Assembly: GCA_963785725.1 (NCBI GenBank) | Contig: CAWAWS010000016.1 | Span: 416,001-480,000, forward strand | DNA: 64,000 nt | Direction of reading: 5' to 3' | Origin: an uncultured delta proteobacterium | Lineage (GTDB): Bacteria; Myxococcota_A; Polyangia; Palsa-1104 | Part shown: in pieces, positions 30,542-42,990 of the stretch | Numbering within the stretch: the first letter of the stretch is position 1 | How the letters are laid out: every line of letters begins with the position of its first letter | Position numbers and translations under genes: made by a program | Notes under the pieces: generated by a model | What the model saw: only the letters and a program-made list of their open reading frames with translations | Told to the model about the DNA's origin: nothing | Databases searched by the model: none

Positions 30542-30605
30542 GTTTTCCTTCGTCGTCTTCTGGAGTCCGGATGGCATCTTCGCTTCTCGACCGCACATCA
30601 TTCGT

Positions 30606-31790
30606 ATGAGCGCGCGCGCCGACGACAACAACGACGACTACGGCGACAGCCTGCGCTTTGGGCTCTATCAGCCGACGCGGATCGTCTTCGGCGACGGCTG
30701 TGTCGACGAGCTCGGGCGCGAGTGTCAGCGGCTCGGCGCGCAGCGCGTGCTCGTCGTCACCGACCGCGTCTTGCGCGACAAGACCGAGGTCGTCGGCCGC
30801 GTCGAGCGCGCGCTCGGCAATCGGCTGGGCGCCTTATACGACGGCGTGACGCCCGACGGCGGCGTGCACCTCATCGACGACGGCGCCGCGGTCGGCCGCG
30901 AGCACGGCTGCGACGGCGTCGTCTCGGTCGGCGGCGGCAGCGTCATCGACAGCGCCAAAGGCATCGCCCTCGTCTTGGCTGGCGGCGGCTCGATTCGCGA
31001 TCACGAAAGCGCGCCGCGCCGGCAGACGCCGCACATCGCCATTCCGACGACGGCAGGCACCGGCAGCGAAGTGAGTCGGCAGCTCATCGTCCGCGATCAG
31101 ACGGCGCAGGAGCGGCTGCACATCGAGGACGATCGGCTCCTGCCCGACGTGGCGCTGCTCGATCCGTCGGTGACGCTGGCGATGCCGCCGCAGCTGACGG
31201 CGGCCACGGGCTTCGACGCGCTGACCCACGCCATCGAAGCGCTGACGAGCCGGCGCCGCAATCCGATCGCCGACGGCTTGGCGCTGCAGGCGCTGCGGCT
31301 CATCGCGCGCTGGCTGCCGGCGGCGTGTGAAGACGGGCAAGCGCGCGTCGCGCGCGGGCAGATGCTGCTCGGCGCGCACGCGGCCGGCTTGGCGGCGGCG
31401 GCCGCGGGCGTCGGATTGGCGCACGCGATGGCGCACGTCGTCAGCGCCCGTTACGGCGTGCATCACGGCACCGCCAACGCCGTCTGCCTGCCGCAGGTCA
31501 TTCGCTTCAACGCCGACCAGTTGGGCGCGCGCTATCGCCAAGTCGCCGACGCGCTCGGCGTGGACGCGAGCGGTCTCGGCGATGCGCTCGTCGGTGAGGC
31601 AGCGGCGCAAGCGGTGGCGCACCTGCTGGCGCGCGTGCAGCTGCCGGCGCGGCTGCGCGACGTCGGCGTGCCCGAAGCGGCGCTGCCGGCGCTGGCCGAA
31701 GCCACGCTCGCCGACGGCGCGCTCGCGACCAACGGCAAAAAGGTCGCGACCGCCGCCCTCGTCTTGGCAGTCTATCGCAACGCTTACTGA
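30606..31790 (+). CDS. Iron-containing alcohol dehydrogenase
   Basis: GGGSVIDSAK, PTTAGTGSE, DALTHAIE, HAMAH, HHG. Confidence 0.92.
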   Translation: MSARADDNNDDYGDSLRFGLYQPTRIVFGDGCVDELGRECQRLGAQRVLVVTDRVLRDKTEVVGRVERALGNRLGALYDGVTPDGGVHLIDDGAAVGREHGCDGVVSVGGGSVIDSAKGIALVLAGGGSIRDHESAPRRQTPHIAIPTTAGTGSEVSRQLIVRDQTAQERLHIEDDRLLPDVALLDPSVTLAMPPQLTAATGFDALTHAIEALTSRRRNPIADGLALQALRLIARWLPAACEDGQARVARGQMLLGAHAAGLAAAAAGVGLAHAMAHVVSARYGVHHGTANAVCLPQVIRFNADQLGARYRQVADALGVDASGLGDALVGEAAAQAVAHLLARVQLPARLRDVGVPEAALPALAEATLADGALATNGKKVATAALVLAVYRNAY

Positions 31791-31806
31791 GGCTAGGAGC
31801 TGGAAC

Positions 31807-32277
31807 ATGGATGTGGTGACGCTGGATGCGCGAGCGGCGGAGAATGGGCTCGGGATGATGCTGCAGGGCCTGTTGGCGGAGAATCTGGCGGTCAACCGCG
31901 GCAAGCGGCGCGCTTTTTCGGCCATGTCGTCGACGTTCGGCGTAGTCGCGCCCGACGCCGACGTGACGGTGACGCTGGCCTTCGGCGGCGGCCACTGTAC
32001 GATCTACGACGGGCTGCGCGACGAGCCCGACGCCGTCATCACCGCCGACTCGGGCCGCATTCCCGAGCTGACGCAGCTGTCGACGCGCTACGGCATTCCC
32101 TGGCTGCTCGACACGCATGGCAAGAGCTTCGTGCGCGCGCTCATGCAGCGGGAGATTCGCGTCGATGGGCTGCTGCGCTTGCCGGTGTCGCCGCTCGGCG
32201 CGCTGCGCTCGGCCAAGGCGGCGCTCGATCTGGTGCGGCTGACGCGAATTCTCTCGGTCAACGCCCGCACCGCCTGA
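31807..32277 (+). CDS. SCP2 sterol/lipid-binding-like protein
   Basis: AGGAG RBS; EPDAVITAD...ALMQREIRVDG resembles the SCP2 fold. Confidence 0.55.
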   Translation: MDVVTLDARAAENGLGMMLQGLLAENLAVNRGKRRAFSAMSSTFGVVAPDADVTVTLAFGGGHCTIYDGLRDEPDAVITADSGRIPELTQLSTRYGIPWLLDTHGKSFVRALMQREIRVDGLLRLPVSPLGALRSAKAALDLVRLTRILSVNARTA

Positions 32278-32385
32278 ACCGGGGAAAACGGGCCGGCGAC
32301 TTTCGACGCAAATCCACGGCCCTGGCAACTATCCGCGCAAATTTTTGCGACCTTGGGTGTGCACTCTTAGCATCGAGTCCACTCC

Positions 32386-32717
32386 ATGCGTCTGTGGTCT
32401 AGCGTTTGGGTCCGCCGGCTGGGTGTCGCCGCCCTGGTGGCGGTCGCGCTCGGCTACGTGCCCTATCACTTGTACGGCTCTTCGGGGCTGGCCCGTTACG
32501 TCAAGCTCGAGCGGGAGCGCGATGCCTTGCACGAGGCGAACTTGAAGACGCACGCCGCCAATCAGCAGCTGCGCGCCGAGCTCGAAGCGCTCGGCGACGG
32601 CGAGGATGACGGCCTGTCGCGCGCGGCGGTCGAACGCGCGGCGCGCGACGAGCTCGGCCTCGTCAAGACCGGCGAGGTCGTCTACAAAGTGCAGCCGCAC
32701 GCCGAGGCGACGCGCTG

Positions 32718-32718
<1 letters not shown>
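32386..32718 (+). CDS. ftsB: Septum formation initiator (FtsB/DivIC family)
   Basis: TM, GSSGL, coiled coil, VERAARDELGLVKTGEVVY. Confidence 0.85.
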
Positions 32719-34948
<2,230 letters not shown>

Positions 34949-35095
34949 GCGCCCCGCCGCCGCTGCCGCGCGGCGCGGAAGACGTGGTGACGCCGAAGCG
35001 CTGCTCGTCGCTTGCGCTGCACCCGTCGCGACCGAGCCACCCGCCGCGACCGAACGGCCGTTGCGGCCGCCGCCTCCGCTGGCTACGCTGCCGGC

Positions 35096-35686
35096 ATGAG
35101 CATCTACCTCAGCCGCATCTACACCAAAACCGGCGACGGCGGCCAGACCGCGCTCGTCGGCGGCCACATGGTCCCGAAATACGCCCCGCGCATCGAAGCC
35201 TACGGCACCGTCGACGAGCTCAACGCCGTCCTCGGCCTCGTCCGCAAAGCCAACGCCGACGAAGCCGGCCCCACCGAAGCGCGCGCCCGCATCGACGCCA
35301 TCCTGCAGCGCGCGCAGAACGAGCTGTTCAACCTCGGCTCACTGCTCGCGACGCTGCCCGAAGACCTATCGGACAAACAGCCGCGCATCGCCGCCCGCCA
35401 CGTCGAGGCGCTCGAGCACGACATCGACGCGCTCAACGAAGAGCTGCCGCCCTTGCGCAGCTTCACCTTGCCCGGCGGCGGCTGGGTCAGCTCCTACTTG
35501 CACCTGGCGCGCACGGTCTGTCGTCGCGCCGAGCGCATCGTCGTGCATCTGGCGTCCGTCGAGACCGTCGACGCCGACTGCGTGAAATATCTGAACCGCC
35601 TGTCGGACGCGCTCTACGTCATCGGCCGCTGGAACGTGCGCCAGCGCGGCGAGCAAGAGCCGCTGTGGACGCCGGAGACGACCTGA
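35096..35686 (+). CDS. PduO-type cob(I)alamin adenosyltransferase
   Basis: RIYTKTGDGG, EAYGTVDELNA, RTVCRRAER, YLNRLSDAL. Confidence 0.93.
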   Translation: MSIYLSRIYTKTGDGGQTALVGGHMVPKYAPRIEAYGTVDELNAVLGLVRKANADEAGPTEARARIDAILQRAQNELFNLGSLLATLPEDLSDKQPRIAARHVEALEHDIDALNEELPPLRSFTLPGGGWVSSYLHLARTVCRRAERIVVHLASVETVDADCVKYLNRLSDALYVIGRWNVRQRGEQEPLWTPETT

Positions 35687-35738
35687 CGAAAACGAAAGCG
35701 CCGCCGCGACCGAGGCCGCGGCGGCTCGTCGTTCGCCG

Positions 35739-36194
35739 CTACTTCGCCATGTCGACGGTGGGCGCCGTCGTGCCGCATGACGTCGGAACGCACGCGCACG
35801 TGAGCGGCGTCTGACAGATGCAGCTGGCGTTGTCGCCGCACTTCGAGTTGTCGCCGCTCGTGCACGTGATCGTACAGAAGTACGATTGGGCGTTGACCGG
35901 CTCGCTACCATTTTCGATCGCGGTGCAGAGCGGTGCCGTCGACGGGCAGTCGCCGAGCGTCATGCAGTATTTGCCGACGCCGACGCTGTTGCCGGTGTCG
36001 CCGGGATGACCGCACGTCGACTCGGGACCGGCGAGGTCCACCATCGTCATGTCGGCTGCTGTCGCGCCGCCACCGCCCGCCGTTCCGCCGCCGCCGGCTG
36101 TGCCGCCGCCGCCGCCGTTGCCGGACTTCGTGGTACCGCCACAGCCCGCCACCGCGAGCACCAAGATGACAATAAGTTTACGCATGCGTCGCAT
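35739..36194 (-). CDS. Small Cys-rich lipoprotein
   Basis: LAVAGC lipobox, Gly-rich linker, Cys-rich domain. Confidence 0.8.
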   Translation of the reverse strand: MRRMRKLIVILVLAVAGCGGTTKSGNGGGGGTAGGGGTAGGGGATAADMTMVDLAGPESTCGHPGDTGNSVGVGKYCMTLGDCPSTAPLCTAIENGSEPVNAQSYFCTITCTSGDNSKCGDNASCICQTPLTCACVPTSCGTTAPTVDMAK

Positions 36195-36251
36195 AGTTGG
36201 ACGATGCGTGTAACGTGTCAACTCGCGCATCGACGCGCGACCGGCGTCACC

Positions 36252-36467
36252 TCATTCCAGGCAGTGGCCGGGACCGAAATCGAGCTCGGTCTGATCGCGC
36301 TCGTCACGCGGCTGCAGCGGGTTGTGCTCGATGCCGTGCGGTGGCTCGTCCGAGCGCACGAACATCGCTTGCAACGCGCTGCACTCCGGGCAATGAGCGG
36401 GCGCTTCGACGCTGCCGTCGACGAAACCACAGATCGTACATTTCCAGGTGGTCATCGTCATGGCCAT
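36252..36467 (-). CDS. Rubredoxin-like protein
   Basis: WKCTICG...PAHCPEC...MF. Confidence 0.75.
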   Translation of the reverse strand: MAMTMTTWKCTICGFVDGSVEAPAHCPECSALQAMFVRSDEPPHGIEHNPLQPRDERDQTELDFGPGHCLE

Positions 36468-36516
36468 TTAAAGCTGCAATGCGCGCGCCACGTGTGATAC
36501 GCCTGAACCACCGAAG

Positions 36517-37845
36517 ATGCGGAAGAACTTCGTCCTCGACACCAACGTCCTGCTCCACGATCCGCGCGCGATCTTCCACTTCGAAGACAATGACGTGATC
36601 ATCCCGATCTACGTCCTCGAAGAGATCGATCATTTCAAAAAGGAGCTCTCGGAATTGGGTCGCAACGCGCGTGAAGTCGCGCGTCGCCTCGATGATTTTC
36701 GCGATAAAGGCGGCAGCCTGTCCGAAGGCGTCGCCATGGAGCGCGGCGGCCGACTGACGGTGGCGTTGGCCACGCGGCCCTTGCCCGACATGCTGCGTTC
36801 GTCGCAGTCGCAGGACAACAACATCCTCGGCGTGGCGCTCGAAGTTCGCGATCGCTCGGGGCCCGACACGCCGACGATCCTCGTCACCAAAGACGTCAAC
36901 TTGCGCATTCGCGCCGACGCGCTCGGCTTGAAAGCCGAGGAATACGACGCCGAAGCGATCGACGTCGAGGAGCTGTACAGCGGCAACGGCGAGCTCGAAG
37001 TGCCGGCGGCGGCGGTCGATCAGTTTTACGCCGAAGGCGCGCTGCCGGCCGAAGCGATCGCGCACGATCACAAGATCTACGCGAACCAGTATTTGCTGCT
37101 GCGCGATCGCGAGAGCCCGCAGCACACGGCGCTCGGTCGTTACGACGGCCCGAACAAGAAGATCTCGCCCATCAAGAAGCTGCGCGAAGGCGTGTGGGGC
37201 ATTCGCCCGCGCAACAAAGAGCAGCATTACGCGCTCGATCTCCTGCTCAACGACGACATCAAGCTGGTGACGCTCGTCGGCAAAGCGGGCACGGGCAAGA
37301 CGCTGCTCGCCATCGCCGCCGGCCTGCAGAAGTGCGTCGAAGAGGGCATCTATCAAAAGCTGCTCGTCTCGCGCCCGATCTTTCCGCTCGGCAAGGACAT
37401 CGGCTTTTTGCCCGGCGACATCGAAGAGAAGCTGAATCCGTGGATGCAGCCGATCTACGACAACATCGAATTGCTGTTGGGCTTCTCGAAGGCCGAGAAA
37501 AAAGAGGGCCGCTCGCATCAGGAGCTCATCGACCTCGGCTACATCGAGATCGAGCCGCTGACGTACATTCGCGGCCGCTCGATCCCCAACCAGTTCATGA
37601 TCGTCGACGAGGCGCAGAACCTGACGCCGCACGAAGTGAAGACGATCATCACGCGCGTCGGTGAGAACACGAAGATCATCCTCACCGGCGACCCGTATCA
37701 GATCGACAATCCCTACGTCGACGCGTCGAACAACGGCCTCACCACCGTCGTCGAGCGTTTCAAAGGCGAAGCGATCGCCGGCCACGTCTCGCTGCTCAAG
37801 GGCGAGCGCTCGCCGCTGGCCGAGCTGGCCGCGAATATCCTGTAG
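36517..37845 (+). CDS. PIN-PhoH family protein (PhoH2-like)
   Basis: FVLDTNVLLHD PIN motif, GKAGTGKT, GFLPG, YIRGRS, DEAQN, GDPYQID. Confidence 0.95.
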   Translation: MRKNFVLDTNVLLHDPRAIFHFEDNDVIIPIYVLEEIDHFKKELSELGRNAREVARRLDDFRDKGGSLSEGVAMERGGRLTVALATRPLPDMLRSSQSQDNNILGVALEVRDRSGPDTPTILVTKDVNLRIRADALGLKAEEYDAEAIDVEELYSGNGELEVPAAAVDQFYAEGALPAEAIAHDHKIYANQYLLLRDRESPQHTALGRYDGPNKKISPIKKLREGVWGIRPRNKEQHYALDLLLNDDIKLVTLVGKAGTGKTLLAIAAGLQKCVEEGIYQKLLVSRPIFPLGKDIGFLPGDIEEKLNPWMQPIYDNIELLLGFSKAEKKEGRSHQELIDLGYIEIEPLTYIRGRSIPNQFMIVDEAQNLTPHEVKTIITRVGENTKIILTGDPYQIDNPYVDASNNGLTTVVERFKGEAIAGHVSLLKGERSPLAELAANIL

Positions 37846-38028
37846 ATCTGTAGATCTCCGTTCGCGCCCCGCCGCTCCTCACGACCACTTCCCGCTCGCA
37901 CAACCAAACGCAAACGCGACGCCGAGCCCGCCGAAAGGCGCGCGGGTTGTCGCATTGCGTAACGTGCTTATTGATTATGTAGCTGACGCGCGAGAATGCG
38001 TTTTGCGGACGGAATGAGCGGGCGGGAG

Positions 38029-38370
38029 TTACTTGCGCGGCGGTGGCGGGACCGCCATGAGCTGCGCGTAGCGGTTCATCTCGACGTCCTCGATGCGCAC
38101 GCCGACGCCACGATCGGGGCGCGCGTAAACGACGCGGCCAGCGACGCGAATCGGCTCCCGCGAACCGGGCAGCGGAAACTCCATCAAGATGGGATCGCCG
38201 GGCCGCTCGAGCGGAAAGCGGTCATCGAACGAAAAGCCGCTGGCGGAGATGTTCCGCACCAGCCGGTAATACAGATCGTTGCCCCGAATCTCGACCGCGA
38301 AGAATGCGGTTTCCGTACGCGGCTCGATGCGTCGATCATCGCCGTCTGCTTCGCGATCTCGCGTCACCAT
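38029..38370 (-). CDS. PilZ domain protein
   Basis: RRIEPR (RxxxR) and NISASG (NxSxxG). Confidence 0.85.
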   Translation of the reverse strand: MVTRDREADGDDRRIEPRTETAFFAVEIRGNDLYYRLVRNISASGFSFDDRFPLERPGDPILMEFPLPGSREPIRVAGRVVYARPDRGVGVRIEDVEMNRYAQLMAVPPPPRK

Positions 38371-38504
38371 GTCTGCTCCTCGGCGGGTACGGCCCTGTGC
38401 TACCTGTGCGTCTGAAGGGTGTCAAGGTGATTATAGGCACGCAGTAGTCTTACCTACAGTCTTTTCGTTGACGAAGTATCAAAAACGCTCGAAATTAAAA
38501 GACG

Positions 38505-40232
38505 ATGAGCGCGCGCCCCAAGAACGTGCGCCGCCGCCGACCGCGCCGGCTCGGCCGGACGTCCTGGCTGATTCGCAAGCTCGGCGTCGCGCCCAACGCG
38601 CCCGCGCCCGAGCGCCGCGGCTTCATCGCGATTCAAATCGACGGGCTCGGTTATTACGTCCTGCGCGGCGCGCTCACGCGGCGATATGCGCCCTTTTTGC
38701 GCGGGCTCGTCAAACGGCGCGGCTATCAGCTGCAGCGCTATCGCGTCGGCCTGCCGGCGACGACGCCGGCCTCGCAGCTCGGCATCTTTTACGGCGACAA
38801 CGACAACGTGCCCGGCTTCCGCTGGTACGACAAAGCCTCGCGCACGCTGCACGTCACCAAGTCCTCGAACGTCTGCGCCACGCTCGAGGCCGAAGCCCGC
38901 GAACGCAGCCCCGGCATCCTGCGCGACGGCGGCTCGAGCTACTGCAACATGTTCTCCGGCGACGCCGACACGTCGACCTTGACGCTGTCGACGCTCGGCC
39001 AACCCTCGCGCACCCAACTCAGCTGGCGCGATCTCCTCATCTTCAGCCTCTTTTTCATCACCGTCTTCCTGCGCATCTTCTTCTTGTCGGTGTGGGAGAC
39101 GCTGCTCGAGCTCTACGATCAGCTCGTCGATCTGCGGGAAGGCCGCGCCCATCGCGACGAAGGCATCTTCCCGCTGGTTCGCGTCGTCACCAACGTCGTC
39201 TTCCGCGAGATCGCGACGCAAGGCTGCCTGCTCGACATCTACCGCGGCGTCCCCTACGTCTACTTGAACTTCTCCGGCTACGACGAGGTCGCCCATCATC
39301 GCGGCCCCAACAGCGTCTACGCCAAGCTCGTCCTGCGCTCGATCGATCGACAGGTGCGGCGCATTTACAACGCCGCGCGCCGCTATGCCGCGCGCGACTA
39401 CGACATCGTGCTGCTCTCCGATCACGGCCAGTCGACGACAGTGCCGTGGCTGCATTTGCACGGTCAGACGCCGACCGAGTTCATCTTGGAGAAGCTGGCG
39501 CACGCGCGGCTCGGGCCGCTCGGCGCCGATTACCGCTCGAAGCACGTCGGGCGAGCGCTGGCGCTGACGGCGTGGCTGCGCGAGCTGCGCTGGATCCTGC
39601 CGCGTGCGCTCGGCGGGCCGCTCGACACCGTCGCCGGCTGGATGCAGGAGCGCCTGCCGGACGAGGCGGCGGTCGTCGACTGGTCGGCCGAGGCCTCGGT
39701 CGTGTTCGCGCCGACGGGCAGCTTGGCGCACCTCTACTTCACCGAAACCACTGCGCCACTGACGATTGAGGAGCTGCGCTCGCTGCACGGACCGCTCGTC
39801 GAGGCGCTGACGAATCACCCGTCGATCGGCCTCGTCGTGGCGCGCGCGGCCGAAGGCGCCATCGAGATCCACTCGCGGCGCGGCAGCCTGCGCGTCGAAG
39901 CCGGCGGCACGCGCACGCGCATCGGCGAAGATCCGCTGCTCACCGTGCTCGACGGCGAAGACACGCTGCGCGAGATCCGCCGCCTCATGGCCATGCGCCT
40001 CACCGGCGATCTCGTGCTCTTCTCGGCGCGCGACAAGAACGGCCGCGTCGTCAACTTCCAGGTCGAGATGGGCAGCCACGGCGGCCTGCACATCGACGAG
40101 CAAGCGGCCTTCATTCTCGCGCCGTCCAACCTCCCCTTCGACTTCGGCAAAGTGCGGTCGGTGCGCGATCTATATCGCTTCTTCGAGAGCTATCATCACG
40201 CCGACGCCGCCTCCGAGATCGTCGTCGCATGA
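38505..40232 (+). CDS. Alkaline phosphatase / phosphodiesterase family protein
   Basis: IQIDGLG, PATTPASQ, YDEVAHHRGP, LSDHGQ, SHGGL. Confidence 0.85.
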   Translation: MSARPKNVRRRRPRRLGRTSWLIRKLGVAPNAPAPERRGFIAIQIDGLGYYVLRGALTRRYAPFLRGLVKRRGYQLQRYRVGLPATTPASQLGIFYGDNDNVPGFRWYDKASRTLHVTKSSNVCATLEAEARERSPGILRDGGSSYCNMFSGDADTSTLTLSTLGQPSRTQLSWRDLLIFSLFFITVFLRIFFLSVWETLLELYDQLVDLREGRAHRDEGIFPLVRVVTNVVFREIATQGCLLDIYRGVPYVYLNFSGYDEVAHHRGPNSVYAKLVLRSIDRQVRRIYNAARRYAARDYDIVLLSDHGQSTTVPWLHLHGQTPTEFILEKLAHARLGPLGADYRSKHVGRALALTAWLRELRWILPRALGGPLDTVAGWMQERLPDEAAVVDWSAEASVVFAPTGSLAHLYFTETTAPLTIEELRSLHGPLVEALTNHPSIGLVVARAAEGAIEIHSRRGSLRVEAGGTRTRIGEDPLLTVLDGEDTLREIRRLMAMRLTGDLVLFSARDKNGRVVNFQVEMGSHGGLHIDEQAAFILAPSNLPFDFGKVRSVRDLYRFFESYHHADAASEIVVA

Positions 40233-40654
40233 CGAAACCCATTTCATTATTCGTGTTGGGTATGGCGTTATTGCGCATATCGATCACGTACGCGGCGCCG
40301 CCGGCGCCGACCGCCAACGAATACGACGTCGTCGTGGGCGCGATGCCGGCCGCCAAGATCGGCGAGCACGCCGCCGTCTCGCTGTCGATCCTGCCGCGCG
40401 CCGGCTATCGCCTGCTCGCCGACGGACCGCTGCTCGTGCGCCTCGCCGGCGACGGCCTCACGCCCGACAAAGCCCTACTGCGCCGCGAAGATGCCGTCGA
40501 TCCGCGCGCCGAAGCGCCGCGCTTCGAGCTGCCGTTTCGCCGCCAGCGCGCCGCCAACGCGACGCTGACCGCCACGCTCACGTTCTACATTTGCAACGCC
40601 GCGCGCTGCCGCCCGGTCACGGAACCAGTTTATATCCGTGACCATACACCGTGA
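40229..40654 (+). CDS. Exported protein, DsbD N-terminal-like Ig fold
   Basis: Signal peptide; [11 protein letters not shown] (CxxxxC); ATGA overlap with the upstream gene. Confidence 0.55.
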   Translation: MTKPISLFVLGMALLRISITYAAPPAPTANEYDVVVGAMPAAKIGEHAAVSLSILPRAGYRLLADGPLLVRLAGDGLTPDKALLRREDAVDPRAEAPRFELPFRRQRAANATLTATLTFYICNAARCRPVTEPVYIRDHTP

Positions 40655-41309
40655 GGATATGACGCGGCTCTTTGCCGTCGGCCTCGATCATCTTGCGCAA
40701 TTTGACGATGAAATTGTCGACCGTCCGATTGTTCGTGCGCGCGTCGATGCCCCATATCTTCTCCAGGATCTCGTCGCGCGACACCGGCTGCTGCTTGCGC
40801 TCGAACAATAACTTCAGCAACTCGACTTCGTAAAATGTCAGCGAATGCGTCTTTCGCGCGCGCGTGACCGTGTGCTTCTTGGCATCGATGGTCGCTTCAC
40901 CAATCGTAAACAGATCCTCTTCGACCGGCGCGCGATGGCCCAAGCGGCGAAACATGGCCTTGATGCGCGCCAGCAATTCAGCGACGGAGAACGGCTTCGT
41001 GACGTAATCGTCGGCGCCGGCGTCGAGCCCGCGGATCTTGTCCGACTCCTGCCCGCGTGCCGTCAAAATGATGATCGGCACCAGCGTATTGAAGCGCCGC
41101 ACCTCTTCGCAAACGGCATATCCATTCAAATCGGGCAGCATCAAATCGAGGATGACGCAGTCGGCGGCGCGGTCGCGCATGAGCTTGACCCCTTCGCGTC
41201 CGAGCCCGGTCGCGATGACGTCGAAACCTTCGAACTCGAGCGCGTCGGTCAAGCCGCGCACGATGTCGGGCTCATCCTCGACAATCAATATCTTCTTCTG
41301 CCCGCTCAT
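40617..41309 (-). CDS. OmpR/PhoB-family response regulator
   Basis: [42 protein letters not shown]. Confidence 0.95.
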   Translation of the reverse strand: MSGQKKILIVEDEPDIVRGLTDALEFEGFDVIATGLGREGVKLMRDRAADCVILDLMLPDLNGYAVCEEVRRFNTLVPIIILTARGQESDKIRGLDAGADDYVTKPFSVAELLARIKAMFRRLGHRAPVEEDLFTIGEATIDAKKHTVTRARKTHSLTFYEVELLKLLFERKQQPVSRDEILEKIWGIDARTNNRTVDNFIVKLRKMIEADGKEPRHILTVYGHGYKLVP

Positions 41310-41388
41310 GGGCGCACGCGCCCATGAGCGGACCGTCGATCCGCTGGCCGAACGGGCCGGACGCTCACTATCGCTCGCTTACGCTCGC

Positions 41389-42969
41389 TCATATCCCGTA
41401 TTCGCCCACCAACGAAAGCTCGCGCGGCTGCACGAGCGGAATATCGACGATGAACGCCGCCCCTTTGCCCGGCTCGCTATCGACGACGACGGTGCCGCCG
41501 TGCGCTTCGGCGATGTGCTTCACCAGCGACAGGCCGATTCCCGAGCCGCGCACGTTCGTGCCGCGCGCGCCGCGCGTGCGATAAAAGCGCTCGAAGATCT
41601 TGCGCTGCTCGTCGGCGGGAATGCCGGGACCTTGATCGCCGACCACCAACCGCAGCCGATTTCCTTGGCGCGTCAAATAGACCGATATCTCGCCCTTGCC
41701 ATATTTCACGGCGTTCTCGAGCAGGTTCAACAGGAGCAGCGTCATGGCGTTCTCGTCCATCGGCGCTTCGGGCAAGCCGGGATCGATCTTCGTCACCAGC
41801 TTGAATCCTTCGCGCTCCAGACGATGGCGATAGACGTCGAGCGAGCGCTCCACGACCTCATCGAGCCGCCCGGGCACGAACTCGTAGGCCGCGCGCCCGC
41901 GCTCGATACGCGCGAAATCGAGCACGTTGTCGATCAGCCGCGATAAGCGCTCCGCTTCGCGTGTAATGATCTCCGCATATTCTTTCCCCTTTTCCGGCGT
42001 CTTTAGTTTTCCTAAAGCCAACAGTTCGCCAAACATGCGAATCAGCGACAACGGCGTCTTCAGCTCGTGCGAAACGTTGGAGATGAAGTCCGATTTGGCT
42101 TCGTTGGCGCGCGATTCTTTCCAGGTCGCGTAAAAGAGGAAGCCGATGCCCGACAAGATCGTCAAGAGCATCATCGTGATCAGCAAGAACTCGGAGCGAC
42201 GGCGCACGCCTTCTTGATTGGCGAGCCGCGCCGCACCGACGGGCGCCATCTGCAATCGCCACAAATACAGCGTCGTTGGAAACGCCTTCTCGAAGAGATA
42301 TTTGCCGGGATGACCGACCGGCGCGCCGTACACGACGTTGCCCGCGCCGTCGCGCACGCAGACGAGCTCCTTACCGGCGACGTCTTTGAGCTCGAGCGGC
42401 AATAAGCTCTGCTTGACGTATTCGAGCGATACTTTGAGCACGACGTAATAAACGCGATCGCCGTGCAATTTCTTGATGAACGAAATGAGGTAATCGCGAT
42501 TGTTGTATTCGCGATGCATATGTTTATGCAGATCGACCTTTAGATCTTCGAGCGGCAAATCGGGCAAGATCTTCTTCATGAACAGCTCGCGAAACGCCGT
42601 GGCGTCGGCGTCGCGGCGCTTCGAGACGTAGCCGCCCGACAACAATTGCAGCTTCTCGTCGAGCACCAGCGCCGCCTCGATAGCCGGCGACACGCGCACG
42701 ATATAGCTCCAGTTCTGCTTGAAGTCGCCGAGGTGATCGACGTCGACGAGATCGAATAGTGAGCGGTCGCTGTCGACGATGACGTTGTCGATGCGCTTTA
42801 GGGTCTCGTCGCCGAGCAGGCGATTGGCGTCGACGAGCGACTGCTCCGACGACTCGGCCAGCTGCGCGGCATAACGAAAGCCATAGCCGGCGAGCGCGAT
42901 CGCCGCCGCCAGCACCAGCGGCACGATGATGAACAACGGCGAGAACCGCTGTTTGGACTGCTTCGCCAC
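41389..42969 (-). CDS. Membrane sensor histidine kinase
   Basis: Two TM segments, VSHELKTPL, NLLENAVKY, DQGPGI, GSGIGL. Confidence 0.95.
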   Translation of the reverse strand: MAKQSKQRFSPLFIIVPLVLAAAIALAGYGFRYAAQLAESSEQSLVDANRLLGDETLKRIDNVIVDSDRSLFDLVDVDHLGDFKQNWSYIVRVSPAIEAALVLDEKLQLLSGGYVSKRRDADATAFRELFMKKILPDLPLEDLKVDLHKHMHREYNNRDYLISFIKKLHGDRVYYVVLKVSLEYVKQSLLPLELKDVAGKELVCVRDGAGNVVYGAPVGHPGKYLFEKAFPTTLYLWRLQMAPVGAARLANQEGVRRRSEFLLITMMLLTILSGIGFLFYATWKESRANEAKSDFISNVSHELKTPLSLIRMFGELLALGKLKTPEKGKEYAEIITREAERLSRLIDNVLDFARIERGRAAYEFVPGRLDEVVERSLDVYRHRLEREGFKLVTKIDPGLPEAPMDENAMTLLLLNLLENAVKYGKGEISVYLTRQGNRLRLVVGDQGPGIPADEQRKIFERFYRTRGARGTNVRGSGIGLSLVKHIAEAHGGTVVVDSEPGKGAAFIVDIPLVQPRELSLVGEYGI

Positions 42970-42990
42970 AGCCGGAGTCTAGCGCAGCTA

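Noticed and set aside
37900..37960. c-di-GMP-I riboswitch or 6S RNA
   Set aside because: GCAAA and GAAA elements are present but the consensus architecture is missing, and the site lies between two gene 3' ends
36517..42969. A phosphate-starvation (pho) cluster
   Set aside because: PIN-PhoH is not necessarily Pho-regulated, no pho box or pst genes were seen, and the regulator cannot be assigned as PhoB
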